DNA from: an uncultured Clostridia bacterium
GTDB taxonomy: Bacteria; Bacillota; Clostridia; Christensenellales; CAG-917
Direction: 5' to 3'
Assembly: GCA_947382865.1 (NCBI GenBank)
Contig: CANDBF010000002.1
Span: forward strand, 369-64,368
Length of the DNA stretch: 64,000 nucleotides
Within the stretch, counting starts at the first letter, position 1, and each line of letters begins with the position of its first letter. The notes beneath the pieces were generated by a model that was not told where the DNA came from, did no database searches, and saw only the letters and a program-made list of their open reading frames with translations. This document shows positions 8,593-17,751 of this stretch, piece by piece. The translations under genes and the position numbers were made by a program.

Positions 8593-8628
8593 AATAAATA
8601 AAAACACGGATTTAACCGTGTTTTTTTT
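8593..8628 (-). terminator. Rho-independent terminator after the Hpt gene
   Basis: Stem AAAACACGG/CCGTGTTTT with loop attta(a). On the minus strand it is followed by TTTTTATTTATTT. A T-run is also present on the plus strand, so it may act bidirectionally. Confidence 0.75.
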
Positions 8629-8718
8629 CGATATCGTATGCGATTTTTCCGCGCGCCCGAAAAAGGCAACCGCCGAACGCGTTACTCTATTGCGACCGAT
8701 ATAACGACAGCGCGTATC

Positions 8719-9090
8719 TTACTGCGGCGCCATTTCGGATTTGAGAGCCGCGATACCGCTCATCGTCTGCTCGTAGTCCTTTTTCACTTGTTCGAGCAAA
8801 GGAGCGATATCGTCGCCGTATTCCTCTCTGCCTCTCAAAACCTCGGTAATCGCCACGACCGACGTATTGAGTTTTGTAAGCGACAAATTCATGCATATGC
8901 CTTTCAAGGTATGGGCGGCGCGAAACGCTTCGGCAAGATTTCTTTCCTCCAAGCAATCGCATAGCATCTTCATATTGCCGTCGTCCAATATACGGAAAAG
9001 AAATTTTGCAATTCTCTCGTCCGTTCTCAACCTGCTTGCAACGTCGTTGTAATCGCCGCCTATTGCGGCGTAGCATTCCTGTATCGTCAT
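8719..9090 (-). CDS. Histidine phosphotransfer (HPt) domain protein
   Basis: AAGGAGGA RBS. The motif AHTLKGICMNLSL matches the HPt HxxKG phospho-histidine signature. Lies 29 nt downstream of the response regulator gene. Confidence 0.8.
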   Translation of the reverse strand: MTIQECYAAIGGDYNDVASRLRTDERIAKFLFRILDDGNMKMLCDCLEERNLAEAFRAAHTLKGICMNLSLTKLNTSVVAITEVLRGREEYGDDIAPLLEQVKKDYEQTMSGIAALKSEMAPQ

Positions 9091-9119
9091 AATTTCCTCC
9101 TTAATTTCGATAATCTAAA

Positions 9120-11183
9120 TCAGTCTTTTTTCTCTTCCAACAAATCCTTCATAGAGTCGTCGTAGAAGCGGAAGGACTTTTTGCTTTCACGCTTAACCGT
9201 GTACATAGCGGCGTCGGCTCTCTTGAAAAGCTCGTCGAAATCGCCCTCGAAGCCGTCCGCATACGCTATGCCCATACTTATGCCTATATCGAAATGCTTA
9301 TATTTCTGCGTAATGCAGTCAAAAATTCTCTGAATCTGCGGCACGACGCTGTCCTTATATTCTATGAAGAACATAAACTCGTCTCCGCCCATACGGGACG
9401 CTATATCCGAACGGCGGATATTCTCCTTCAACCTCTGAGCTACAACGTCCAGCACTTCGTCTCCGAACAGGTGACCGTACACGTCGTTGGCTCCCTTGAA
9501 GTTGTCCAAATCGAATACAACAAGCGCATATTTTTTATTTCCGCCCTGCGCGAGTATGTTGGAAATGCAGCGCTTTGCGGCGGCATGGTTTAGAAGACCC
9601 GTCTTCGCGTCGCAGTTCGCCTGCTCTTCGAGGTAGTCAATCATATTCATCTCGGCGCTTATGTCCACGATTTTGCCGATAGCGCCCTCGAACTCGGGTA
9701 TCTCGCTGTCCGACCAGAGGACCTTGGCGATAACCTTATACCACTTTCTGTTTCCGCTGATGCTAAGCTGATATTTTTCGGAAACAACGGAATGCTCGGG
9801 CGTGGTTTTTTTCATCTTTTCGAGGAAATCCACAAAATTCTTTTTATTAAAGCGTCTGTTCCAAAGCTCGTTGCCGACGGGGTCCAGAATTTTCTGCGGC
9901 AAGCCAAGAGTCTCGGCGCTCCACTCCGAAAGCTGTATCATTTCGGGAACGGCGATATATTCAAATACGATTTCGCTTGAAATATCCGTCAGATATTTGA
10001 ATTTCATCCTCTCGTACTCGATGAGCTTAATCGTCCTGTTCGACATATCCGAGCCCTCGTTTTTGAGCATCTGCGTAACGGATTCGTGTATGCTGTTGGC
10101 AGTATTGACGCCGAAGGACATCACGTTGAGCTCCTGTTTGAGCTTGTCCGCCATATCTTTGAGGCATTCGAGCAAAATAGGATTGAAAGCTCCGCATTCG
10201 CCCCCGAGAATCATGCGTATTGCCTCCTCGTGGGTATATGCCGCCTTGTAGACGCGTTTGCTGGTGAGCGCGTCGTACACGTCCGCAAGCGCGACTACCT
10301 GCGCCGAAATCGGGATTTCCTCTCCCTTCAAGCCGTCCGGATAGCCTCTCCCGTCATAACGCTCATGGTGCCATCTGCAAATTTCATAGCCTATCTTGAT
10401 AAGAGCCTCGTTCCCGCGGAAAGGTATGTCGCCCAACATTTTGGCTCCCGCAACCGTGTGCTGCTTCATAATCTGAAACTCCTCGTCCGTAAAGCGGCCG
10501 GGCTTGTTGAGGATTTCGGAGGGAATTGTGATTTTTCCTACGTCGTGCAATGCCGAAGCGTTGCTTATAAGGCGGATATCCTTGAACGTAAGCGGATATT
10601 TATCCGTCTTTTTGACAAGCTCCTTCAAAATCATTTCGGTGAATGCGTGCACGTGCAGTACGTGCAAACCGCTCTCTCCGTTTCTGAACTCGACTATATG
10701 CGAGAGGATTTCAATCATAAGACTGTTGTCCTTCTCCTTTTCGTATATCTGAGCGGACAGCATCTCGGACATTTCCCTTTGCTTGACAGTCAGCATAAAG
10801 TTGCTCATCACACGGTGCTTGACCGTACGCTCGTCGAAGGGACGGCTTATGTAGTCTATCGCGCCCAAGTCGTACGCCCTGTCTATGTACGTGCCGCCCG
10901 TTTCGGCGGAAATGATTATGACGGGAATATTCTTTATCCAACCCGTCTGATTCATTTTTGCCAACACCTCGTAGCCGTCCATATTAGGCATAACTATATC
11001 GAGAAGCAAAAGCGAAATTTCCATCTCCTGATCGTGAAGTATGGAGATTGCTTCGAGTCCATCCTCTGCCTCGATGATGTCGAAATCCACCGAAAGCATG
11101 TCCGATAACAGAGCGCGGTTGATTTCGGAATCGTCTACCACAAGTATTTTCTTTTTGTTTTTATTGTCTTTGCTGTTGCTCAT
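9120..11183 (-). CDS. Response regulator with REC, HD-GYP, sensor-like linker and GGDEF domains (c-di-GMP turnover)
   Basis: REC: ILVVDDSEINR...LLLLDIVMPNMDGYEVL...PVIIISA. HD-GYP: ALHDVGKI...RWHHERYDGRGYPDGL. GGDEF: ASRMGGDEFMFF. Confidence 0.9.
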   Translation of the reverse strand: MSNSKDNKNKKKILVVDDSEINRALLSDMLSVDFDIIEAEDGLEAISILHDQEMEISLLLLDIVMPNMDGYEVLAKMNQTGWIKNIPVIIISAETGGTYIDRAYDLGAIDYISRPFDERTVKHRVMSNFMLTVKQREMSEMLSAQIYEKEKDNSLMIEILSHIVEFRNGESGLHVLHVHAFTEMILKELVKKTDKYPLTFKDIRLISNASALHDVGKITIPSEILNKPGRFTDEEFQIMKQHTVAGAKMLGDIPFRGNEALIKIGYEICRWHHERYDGRGYPDGLKGEEIPISAQVVALADVYDALTSKRVYKAAYTHEEAIRMILGGECGAFNPILLECLKDMADKLKQELNVMSFGVNTANSIHESVTQMLKNEGSDMSNRTIKLIEYERMKFKYLTDISSEIVFEYIAVPEMIQLSEWSAETLGLPQKILDPVGNELWNRRFNKKNFVDFLEKMKKTTPEHSVVSEKYQLSISGNRKWYKVIAKVLWSDSEIPEFEGAIGKIVDISAEMNMIDYLEEQANCDAKTGLLNHAAAKRCISNILAQGGNKKYALVVFDLDNFKGANDVYGHLFGDEVLDVVAQRLKENIRRSDIASRMGGDEFMFFIEYKDSVVPQIQRIFDCITQKYKHFDIGISMGIAYADGFEGDFDELFKRADAAMYTVKRESKKSFRFYDDSMKDLLEEKKD

Positions 11184-11449
11184 CAGAACCTCACATTCAT
11201 TTGATTGCAGTAAAAATTTGTTTTATCATACGCTTATAGCAAATAGCATACGTATAAATTATATATCAAGATATACGTTTTGGCAATATATTGAAACCTT
11301 TTCGACTATAAAAATTGCTTTGACGCCGAATAACGCCGAAAGCTCCGCGAGTGCATACCTTGTCTTTTGATACGAATATAATTACAACTGTTCTTTGAGA
11401 TGTTTCCGCCAAAAGCAGACTATTATAAAAAATGCGATTTTTAATATAT

Positions 11450-11683
11450 CTAATCGCTTATATCCTCAAATATAGGATCGTCGAAGAAATCTTTCAGGCT
11501 CATGCGCAGAGTCGCCGCTATCTGATAAACGGTATCCATTTTTACGGTTTTATTTTTGGCGTAAATCAAAAGACAAATCGTAGATCTCGGAATTCCGCCC
11601 AACTTTGACAGCTTATACTGAGTCATCGCCTTTTCGTCAAGCAAAGCCTCCACTCTTTTGCCGATAGCTTCAACCAATTTCAT
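11450..11683 (-). CDS. XRE-family helix-turn-helix transcriptional regulator (77 aa)
   Basis: Start moved from the track's 11746 to ATG 11683 (GAGGTGG RBS). The sequence MTQYKLSKLGGIPRSTICLLIYAKNKTVKMDTVYQIAATL is a typical HTH_XRE. Confidence 0.8.
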   Translation of the reverse strand: MKLVEAIGKRVEALLDEKAMTQYKLSKLGGIPRSTICLLIYAKNKTVKMDTVYQIAATLRMSLKDFFDDPIFEDISD

Positions 11684-11756
11684 AATCCACCTCGTTGACT
11701 GCGACAAACATACAATATAAATAATAAAATGTATTTTGTATTCCATAGTTTGTTAT

Positions 11757-11797
11757 ATTAAACTATTGACTAAACTAGTTTAATGTATTAAACTATT
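11757..11797. promoter_or_regulatory. Probable operator: two ATTAAACTATT direct repeats flanking the palindrome TAAACTAGTTTA
   Basis: Read directly: repeats at 11757-11767 and 11787-11797, palindrome at 11771-11782. About 75-115 nt upstream of the XRE gene start. Confidence 0.4.
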
Positions 11798-12049
11798 CTG
11801 GAATTATTCGCTTACGATAATTCATAACCACAAATGAAACTGGATATACGTCGTACTATACGATAAGCGAATATTTTGCATATTCGATGATGTCCGAATA
11901 CAGACGTGCGTAAATCTTGTTTTCCAAACGGATATATCTGCATTTCTTCTGTATTTTATTCCGCTGTTGTTCCGGATGAAAGCGCACTGTTTGGATGCTT
12001 ATCCCTCTTTTTTTATATGTGAGGTTCGTCGGATTCCGACAGACGATTT

Positions 12050-12091
12050 GCAAGGTATAATAAACGAACGTCGAAAACTCGGCGTTCGTTT
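12050..12091 (-). terminator. Terminator after the 460-aa lipoprotein gene
   Basis: Stem AAACGAACG/CGTTCGTTT (9 bp, 12-nt loop). On the minus strand it is followed by TTTATTATACC. Confidence 0.55.
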
Positions 12092-12169
12092 GCTTATTCG
12101 TTTCACAAGGATAAACTGTCAGATACATAACATTTTCCGTTATATAATCCCAGATGATTCCTCCCGACG

Positions 12170-13552
12170 TTAATCGTCCTCGCTCGGATTGTATTCTTCA
12201 TCGTCGCCGCCATCGCAATTATCCGATGCGTCCGACAATTCGTTATCGGAAAAAGTATCTTCTTCCACGTATTCCGGTCGAGGGACGCCCGATACATCGA
12301 AACCGCAATCATTCGGAGGCGAGCTTCCGTTCTTTGCGACTCTTTTAGCTTCTTTTTTCGCCATTCGCCGTTCTTTTTTTGTATTTCGTCTCGCCGCAAG
12401 TTTGGGCAGCTTTCCTAAACGCACCAGTATCTCGACCGTAATTACTGTTATAATAATGACAACGGCGATACATGCGACGACTATTCCCGCAATCGCCATT
12501 TCGCTTAATTTTGCTTTTACGATATCCAATCCGCTGTAATGTCTTATAAAATCATAAGGAGATTCGAGTTCTTCGGCGTTTTCCACGCTCGCGTCCTGAG
12601 CAAGCAACGCCATAATTTCGTTTTCCAGCCAAAAATACTTAAACTCGTCCTTAGGAGCGCCGCTCGCCATTCCGCTGGCTGTCCTGTCGGAATCCGAATA
12701 GAAGTATTTCGCATAGCCGTTGTCCCAGACCTGCAACGTGGCTCTGTAATAATTGTATTTTTCTATCGAATGCCCCGACACCTGCATATCCTTTTGCGCC
12801 ATCGAGTACCAATTTCTGATCAATTCGGCGTCCGCGCTCATATCCACCTCGAAGGTGACGGTATAAAACCCGTTTTCCGCGTCATACGTAATCTGCGCGC
12901 CGTCGGCGAGTATTTCCGCGCAGAATTGCATATTGTTTATCTCGTGCATGCTGTCAAGATAATGCAATTCTTCCTTAAAGTTTTCTTCGCTATATCCGAC
13001 GGGAGTCTGGGTGAGCTCGAAAGAGGCGTAAGGGAAAGTCTCCAATGAGCAATCGCAGTCCCCCGCCGAACCCGTTACGATAGAATACATATATTCGCCG
13101 CTCCCGTCTGTAAAAGCGACTTTAAGCAGACCCGCAAATTCCTTCATCAAAAAGTCTATCGGAGATATCACGTCCGTAGCAAGCTGATAATACCAGCTGT
13201 CTCCCGAACGCAGATTGAAGCTGTGCATTATCACGCTTCCCAGATATGATGGAATGCCCGCGTCGCTGTTCTGCACCATAAGCGACAGAGGCGTGGATAT
13301 ACGGCTGTAATTGGCGGTATTGTAAAGAGCGATGACGGCACGTTTTTTGGTCTGTTCGCTTGCGCCCTCCGTCATCGCCTCGTTTATAAGTGCCAAATCC
13401 TCGGGATTAAAAAGAGTATCGTAATGCGGGCGGCTTCCGTCCTCCAAATCCAGAACGCCGCTATTGTCTGCGTTTTTATTGCATGCCGCAAACAAACAAC
13501 AGGATGCGAGCGTTGCCAATATCAATATAAAAATAACAATTCGCTTTCTCAT
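12170..13552 (-). CDS. Lipoprotein with an additional C-terminal TM helix and charged/acidic tail; unknown function
   Basis: N-terminus MRKRIVIFILILATLASCCLFAAC-NKN is a signal peptide with a lipobox. The C-terminal helix is MAIAGIVVACIAVVIIITVITVEILV, followed by a K/R-rich and then a D/E-rich tail. Confidence 0.7.
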   Translation of the reverse strand: MRKRIVIFILILATLASCCLFAACNKNADNSGVLDLEDGSRPHYDTLFNPEDLALINEAMTEGASEQTKKRAVIALYNTANYSRISTPLSLMVQNSDAGIPSYLGSVIMHSFNLRSGDSWYYQLATDVISPIDFLMKEFAGLLKVAFTDGSGEYMYSIVTGSAGDCDCSLETFPYASFELTQTPVGYSEENFKEELHYLDSMHEINNMQFCAEILADGAQITYDAENGFYTVTFEVDMSADAELIRNWYSMAQKDMQVSGHSIEKYNYYRATLQVWDNGYAKYFYSDSDRTASGMASGAPKDEFKYFWLENEIMALLAQDASVENAEELESPYDFIRHYSGLDIVKAKLSEMAIAGIVVACIAVVIIITVITVEILVRLGKLPKLAARRNTKKERRMAKKEAKRVAKNGSSPPNDCGFDVSGVPRPEYVEEDTFSDNELSDASDNCDGGDDEEYNPSEDD

Positions 13553-13588
13553 AGCTTTCTTTTGCGCCGCCCACCTTTTTATACGTTA

Positions 13589-13617
13589 ATATTACAATGC
13601 AAAACGCATTTAGTCAA
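13589..13617 (-). promoter_or_regulatory. Sigma-70-type promoter for the lipoprotein gene
   Basis: On the minus strand: TTGACT (13617..13612), 17-nt spacer, TAATAT (13594..13589). Confidence 0.5.
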
Positions 13618-13634
13618 CAGGACTTATCCTTGGT

Positions 13635-14189
13635 TCAGAGCTTATAAATGAGCACGGGAATCGGAGGGTCCTTTTTCCAGTTGTAAAAGAAGGTCGCAAG
13701 CACCTGATAGCGCGCGTCGTCGAGCTGTTTGAGCCAAGGCAGCAAAGCGTCTCTTTCCTCATAACCGCTGTCGCCGCCGTAATATATGCTTACGCACATA
13801 AGTCCGCCGTGCTTCAACAGCCCCAAGCCCGCCTCTATCGCCTTTTTCGTGCTCTCGAAGCGGGTATAGACGGAATGGTCGCCGCGCGGCAGATATCCCA
13901 GATTGAACACAATCAAATCCACGCTTTCGCTGTCGGCGTACTCCGCCATATGCTCGTGAGAGGAAAGTATAAGCCTCGCCGACAGTCCCCTCTCGTCGAG
14001 CAGCTTACGAGTGCTCTCTATCGCCTCGCTCTGCACGTCGAAAGCGGTCACGCTTCCGCTCTTTCCCGCGATTTCGCAGAGAAACGCCGTATCGTATCCT
14101 CTTCCCGCCGTTGCGTCGATACACACCGCGCCCTCGCCGATATGTCTTTTTATGGTCTGATGCACATAGGTCAAAGCGTTCATATGCAT
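13635..14189 (-). CDS. mnmM: SAM-dependent methyltransferase of the YtqB / putative-rRNA-methylase family (MnmM-like)
   Basis: DATAGRGYDT SAM-binding motif, ~184 aa, and overall resemblance to B. subtilis YtqB (from memory). The real start may be the second ATG at 14183 (see findings). Confidence 0.65.
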   Translation of the reverse strand: MHMNALTYVHQTIKRHIGEGAVCIDATAGRGYDTAFLCEIAGKSGSVTAFDVQSEAIESTRKLLDERGLSARLILSSHEHMAEYADSESVDLIVFNLGYLPRGDHSVYTRFESTKKAIEAGLGLLKHGGLMCVSIYYGGDSGYEERDALLPWLKQLDDARYQVLATFFYNWKKDPPIPVLIYKL

Positions 14190-14211
14190 ATTGTAACATA
14201 TATGATTATAA

Positions 14212-14256
14212 AAATATACAAAAATAACCCATCCGCTTCACGAATGAAGAGATGGG
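14212..14256 (-). terminator. Terminator closing the phage-like cluster
   Basis: Stem CCCATC/GATGGG. On the minus strand it is followed by TTATTTTTGTATATTTTT. About 50 nt downstream of the stop at 14306. Confidence 0.5.
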
Positions 14257-14305
14257 CATTTTTGAATACGGGCAAAGACCGTCCGCCTCGGTTTGGCGTA
14301 TGCGC

Positions 14306-15334
14306 TCAGAACACTTTCTTTATTCCGCTCTGCGTGCCTTTCAGCGCATTCATGAGTTTGTCGTAATAATTGCCGAGATAGTATTTCATATTCGGCGACG
14401 CCGCGAGCGCGTCGGCGGCAATATCGGGAGACAGCGAGGAATAGAAGTCGTAAGCAATATCGTATCTTTTTGCGTAATTCTCCTGCTTGGCTCCGCTGTA
14501 TCCGTACTGACTTTCGTGCTTTGCCAGCGCTTCCTGCTCCTCTTTTTTCTTTTTCTCGGCTTTTTCGAGATAATCGGCTATGTCCGTTTCCCTCTGCTTT
14601 TCATACTGCTCGTTCTGCTTGCGCACTTTCGCGTTATACTCCTCATATTCCTTTACGGTCTTGTCTCGCTTGCTTTTCAGCTCCGAAATACGGCTGTCCA
14701 GCTCCGCCGCGTATTTGAGGTCCAGCTCGTTAAGCGCGTTTTCTCTGTCCGCCTCCAGCTCGCCGATTCTTACGTCTATATCGTTCATGGTAGCGTTGTA
14801 GGATTTTCTGAGCTCTCCCGCGCTCTGCATTCTGGCAGTATCGAGGTCGCTTAGCTGCGTGACTGCAATACTGCTCCTTGCAAGTCCGCGTTTAAGCACG
14901 TCGTTTTCCGAGCGCTTGCGCAGCTCGTCGTACAGCTCCTGAAGCTGTTTATAGCTCTCTTTCAGGTTGTCGCCCGCCTGTTGCTTGGAGCCCGAGAGCG
15001 CGGCGAGCTTGGACTCGTAGCTGTCCGCGAGCTTGTTCTGCTCCGCGGTTTTGTTATACGTGTTTTCCTTTTCCGCTCTCGCGGCGATATCCTCGTCCGA
15101 TTCCCTTGTATATTCGATTTCCTTCAATCCCGAATTTACGGGGAACAGCTTATCGAGATCGGGCTCTTCCTCCTTCGGCAGAGAATTTATATACTCCTTT
15201 TCAAGTTCGGCGAGCCTGTCGGCAATATCCTTTTCGCGTTCGAGCGCGTCGTTTATCTGCTGTTGCTTCTCCTCCGCCCTCTGCGCGTCTGTCTTAAACA
15301 AATCCTTAAACTCGTCCCAAAGACTTTTTGCCAT
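14306..15334 (-). CDS. Coiled-coil phage-cluster protein (342 aa), function unknown
   Basis: GGAGGA RBS. Long E/K/L/A-rich heptad regions. Last gene of the cluster, in the position of a tail needle or internal protein in P22-type order (inference). Confidence 0.6.
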   Translation of the reverse strand: MAKSLWDEFKDLFKTDAQRAEEKQQQINDALEREKDIADRLAELEKEYINSLPKEEEPDLDKLFPVNSGLKEIEYTRESDEDIAARAEKENTYNKTAEQNKLADSYESKLAALSGSKQQAGDNLKESYKQLQELYDELRKRSENDVLKRGLARSSIAVTQLSDLDTARMQSAGELRKSYNATMNDIDVRIGELEADRENALNELDLKYAAELDSRISELKSKRDKTVKEYEEYNAKVRKQNEQYEKQRETDIADYLEKAEKKKKEEQEALAKHESQYGYSGAKQENYAKRYDIAYDFYSSLSPDIAADALAASPNMKYYLGNYYDKLMNALKGTQSGIKKVF

Positions 15335-15349
15335 AATTCCTCCGATATT

Positions 15350-15460
15350 CTATTGGTTTCCGCTTGCGGTATTTTTTTGCAAAGCGGACAGTTTTTTTTC
15401 GAGGACGCTCACTCTGACTACGAGCTCCTCCAAAGTTGCTATAATTTCGTTTATATTCAT
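15350..15460 (-). CDS. Small 36-aa ORF in the phage-like cluster
   Basis: The track ORF 15350..15532 was shortened to ATG 15460, which is preceded by GGAGGAAAT. Sequence MNINEIIATLEELVVRVSVLEKKLSALQKNTASGNQ. It fits exactly between two cluster genes. Confidence 0.45.
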   Translation of the reverse strand: MNINEIIATLEELVVRVSVLEKKLSALQKNTASGNQ

Positions 15461-15468
15461 ATTTCCTC

Positions 15469-16908
15469 CTAAACCGACAGCGTATCTACCGCCGCAATCA
15501 AAGGAGTTACGTACGCGTCCGCGCTGTCGCAAATCAATTCAAAGCCGATTCTTCCGCCGCATTTTTCGATTGGCACTGTCTGCATAGTCTCGCTCCCGCA
15601 GACCTCATAGTCATATTGCTTGCCGTCCGCCTTTACTCGCAGCGTCAGATCCGAAGTCGTCAGCAGCGAGACGCTCCTCACAGTTTTCAGAGCGGACGAG
15701 CCGAGCGTTCCGTAAGGGCTGATATATCTTTTTTTTGTCGGCACGTTCATGACCTTTCCGCTTCCCGAAACCATTCCCAGCTTCTTTATATCGTCGCCTC
15801 GCGCAAACACGCAAAGCACCTGCGAGCCGTTGTGAACGCGCACGGATTTCAAAACCCGCACCGCATAGCCGTACAGTATGGAAATGGATTTATCTCTGAG
15901 GTTATATCTTACTACCGCATTGTTCTGATCCGAATCCTCCCATATGCAGCACGCCAGATAATAGCATCCGTCGAGATACGCTCCGCTTATAAGATGCTTT
16001 CTGTAAACTGCGGGCATTTCGACCGCTATACGCGAAACCACGTATCCGTCAAAGGCATAAAGCCCGTCCTCCGCATAGAAGATAATTTTGTCTCCGCATA
16101 CCTCAATCGAGTTTTTAACTATACGTCCCGTATCGGTAAACACCTTTTTCATCAAAAATTCGCTCTGGTCTCCGTAGGCGGTCAGTCGGAAAATGCCGTA
16201 TTCCCTGAACACGTAAAGATAGTTCAGAAAAGAAACGACCTTCAACACCTCTCCGCATTCGTCGGAGAAGTTTATGTAGCCCGCCTCGCCCGAGCTCACG
16301 TTCCAGTTCACGGGGTTGAAATCATCCGAAAACCACACCTGCGGCTTTGACCCGTTGAAGCTGCCGTACACTCTTTCGTTGTGCACGGCAAGCGACGTGA
16401 ACTTTGGAGTGTTCATACACGCCATAGGCGTCGTATCGTTGAGGACAAGCAGCATATCCCTGCCGCTCGTAAGCAGAAGCACGTCGTTTCCGTTGTAGTT
16501 GTAATTCACAGTCCACACGTCCTTTGTTATTATGATTTCGGGAATCTCGTGCCACGTATCCGTTTTGAATATCGACGTATAATAGAAATGTCCGCTCGTC
16601 GCCTGCGCGATAAGCCTGTCGTCGCGCACTCCCTCCTCGGTCAGCCGTCTGTACAGAAAAACGTCCTTGATTCCTCTTGTTCCGGGGATTTCGGGATATA
16701 AGTGCCTCGCCACTATGGGCGCGAAGTAGTATCCCTCGGCGGGGTCTATGCCGATTCCGCCCGTAAGCGCTCCGTTTTCAAATGCGAAGTTGTACGCCTT
16801 ATCCGTATACGCCATATCCAGCACGCCCTCGTCGGTAGTATTGACGATGCCCTTAAATCCTACGCGCACTCTGCTCTTTCCCACTCTGACCTCTTTCAAA
16901 CCTGCCAC
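15469..16908 (-). CDS. Phage structural protein (479 aa), beta-rich; size and position resemble P22 gp10-type tail hub protein
   Basis: GTG start at 16908; an alternative GTG at 16884 follows AAAGAGG. No motif was recognised. The call rests on gene order only. Confidence 0.5.
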   Translation of the reverse strand: MAGLKEVRVGKSRVRVGFKGIVNTTDEGVLDMAYTDKAYNFAFENGALTGGIGIDPAEGYYFAPIVARHLYPEIPGTRGIKDVFLYRRLTEEGVRDDRLIAQATSGHFYYTSIFKTDTWHEIPEIIITKDVWTVNYNYNGNDVLLLTSGRDMLLVLNDTTPMACMNTPKFTSLAVHNERVYGSFNGSKPQVWFSDDFNPVNWNVSSGEAGYINFSDECGEVLKVVSFLNYLYVFREYGIFRLTAYGDQSEFLMKKVFTDTGRIVKNSIEVCGDKIIFYAEDGLYAFDGYVVSRIAVEMPAVYRKHLISGAYLDGCYYLACCIWEDSDQNNAVVRYNLRDKSISILYGYAVRVLKSVRVHNGSQVLCVFARGDDIKKLGMVSGSGKVMNVPTKKRYISPYGTLGSSALKTVRSVSLLTTSDLTLRVKADGKQYDYEVCGSETMQTVPIEKCGGRIGFELICDSADAYVTPLIAAVDTLSV

Positions 16909-17441
16909 CTCCTCTCTTTGAGCATGAGTCTCCTGCCCTTATATCTTAGGAATCCGAGTTTCTCTCTGAATGACGAATCGAAGCTCTTGGCCAGGTCGAA
17001 AACCTTGTTTGCAAAATAGTATTCGCCGAGGGCTCCGTCGCTCAGCGCGGACTGCGTAAGTCTTAGGTTTTCAATATCGTCCGCAAGTTTCAGCTCGTCG
17101 GGCATATAGGCGTACTCCAATGCGGCGTAGCCGTCCGTTGCCGCCACGATTCTGTCCGCATATGCCTTGAATGCAACGACGCTGTCGCCCTTTGTCACCC
17201 TGATGGGATAAATTATCTTTTTTTCGAGTGGCGCTACGGCGTATTCGCCTTTCTCAAACAAGACCGTTTCGGTATGGACGAGCGGAAGATATTCGCACAC
17301 AACCTCCCTGTACGCTATATTAAGCGCGGCGAGCAAGGAATCTATGAGCTTCTGTTCGGTTTCGGTGTAGGAGGTTTTGGACGTAAAGTCCGTCTCCCCC
17401 ATTTTTATCAGGCATTCTCCGATGATTTTTTTTACTGTCAT
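16896..17441 (-). CDS. Phage head-completion/adaptor-sized protein (181 aa)
   Basis: The track ORF 16896..17771 was shortened: its N-terminal 110 aa overlap the 103-aa gene in another frame and look like junk. ATG 17441 forms an ATGA overlap with the upstream stop. Confidence 0.55.
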   Translation of the reverse strand: MTVKKIIGECLIKMGETDFTSKTSYTETEQKLIDSLLAALNIAYREVVCEYLPLVHTETVLFEKGEYAVAPLEKKIIYPIRVTKGDSVVAFKAYADRIVAATDGYAALEYAYMPDELKLADDIENLRLTQSALSDGALGEYYFANKVFDLAKSFDSSFREKLGFLRYKGRRLMLKERRWQV

Positions 17442-17749
17442 AACGCTTGTTCGACCTCCTCCATAATTCTTTCGCGCGCGGTCGCGACGTTTTGCCTGCG
17501 CAGCTTTTCGTTGTCCGAATCGATATCGCGCATAAGCCTGTCCGCGTATTCTAGCCGGGTGCTTCTTACAAGCTCCAAAGTACGCGCGTCGAGCCGTGCA
17601 AAGGGCACTACGATTTGCAGTGCCCCGTTTGCATGAATTTCGAATCTGTTCAATTTGCGATTTCTGTACAGCACGTATCTGGGATCGATCTCGCGCAGTC
17701 TGCTTGCTATATCGAACAAATCCTCGTCGATTCTCGTCAGCTCGTGCAT
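17438..17749 (-). CDS. Phage-cluster protein (103 aa), unknown
   Basis: Starts 2 nt after the capsid gene stop. Its stop overlaps the next start (ATGA). Confidence 0.55.
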   Translation of the reverse strand: MHELTRIDEDLFDIASRLREIDPRYVLYRNRKLNRFEIHANGALQIVVPFARLDARTLELVRSTRLEYADRLMRDIDSDNEKLRRQNVATARERIMEEVEQAL

Positions 17750-17751
17750 AA

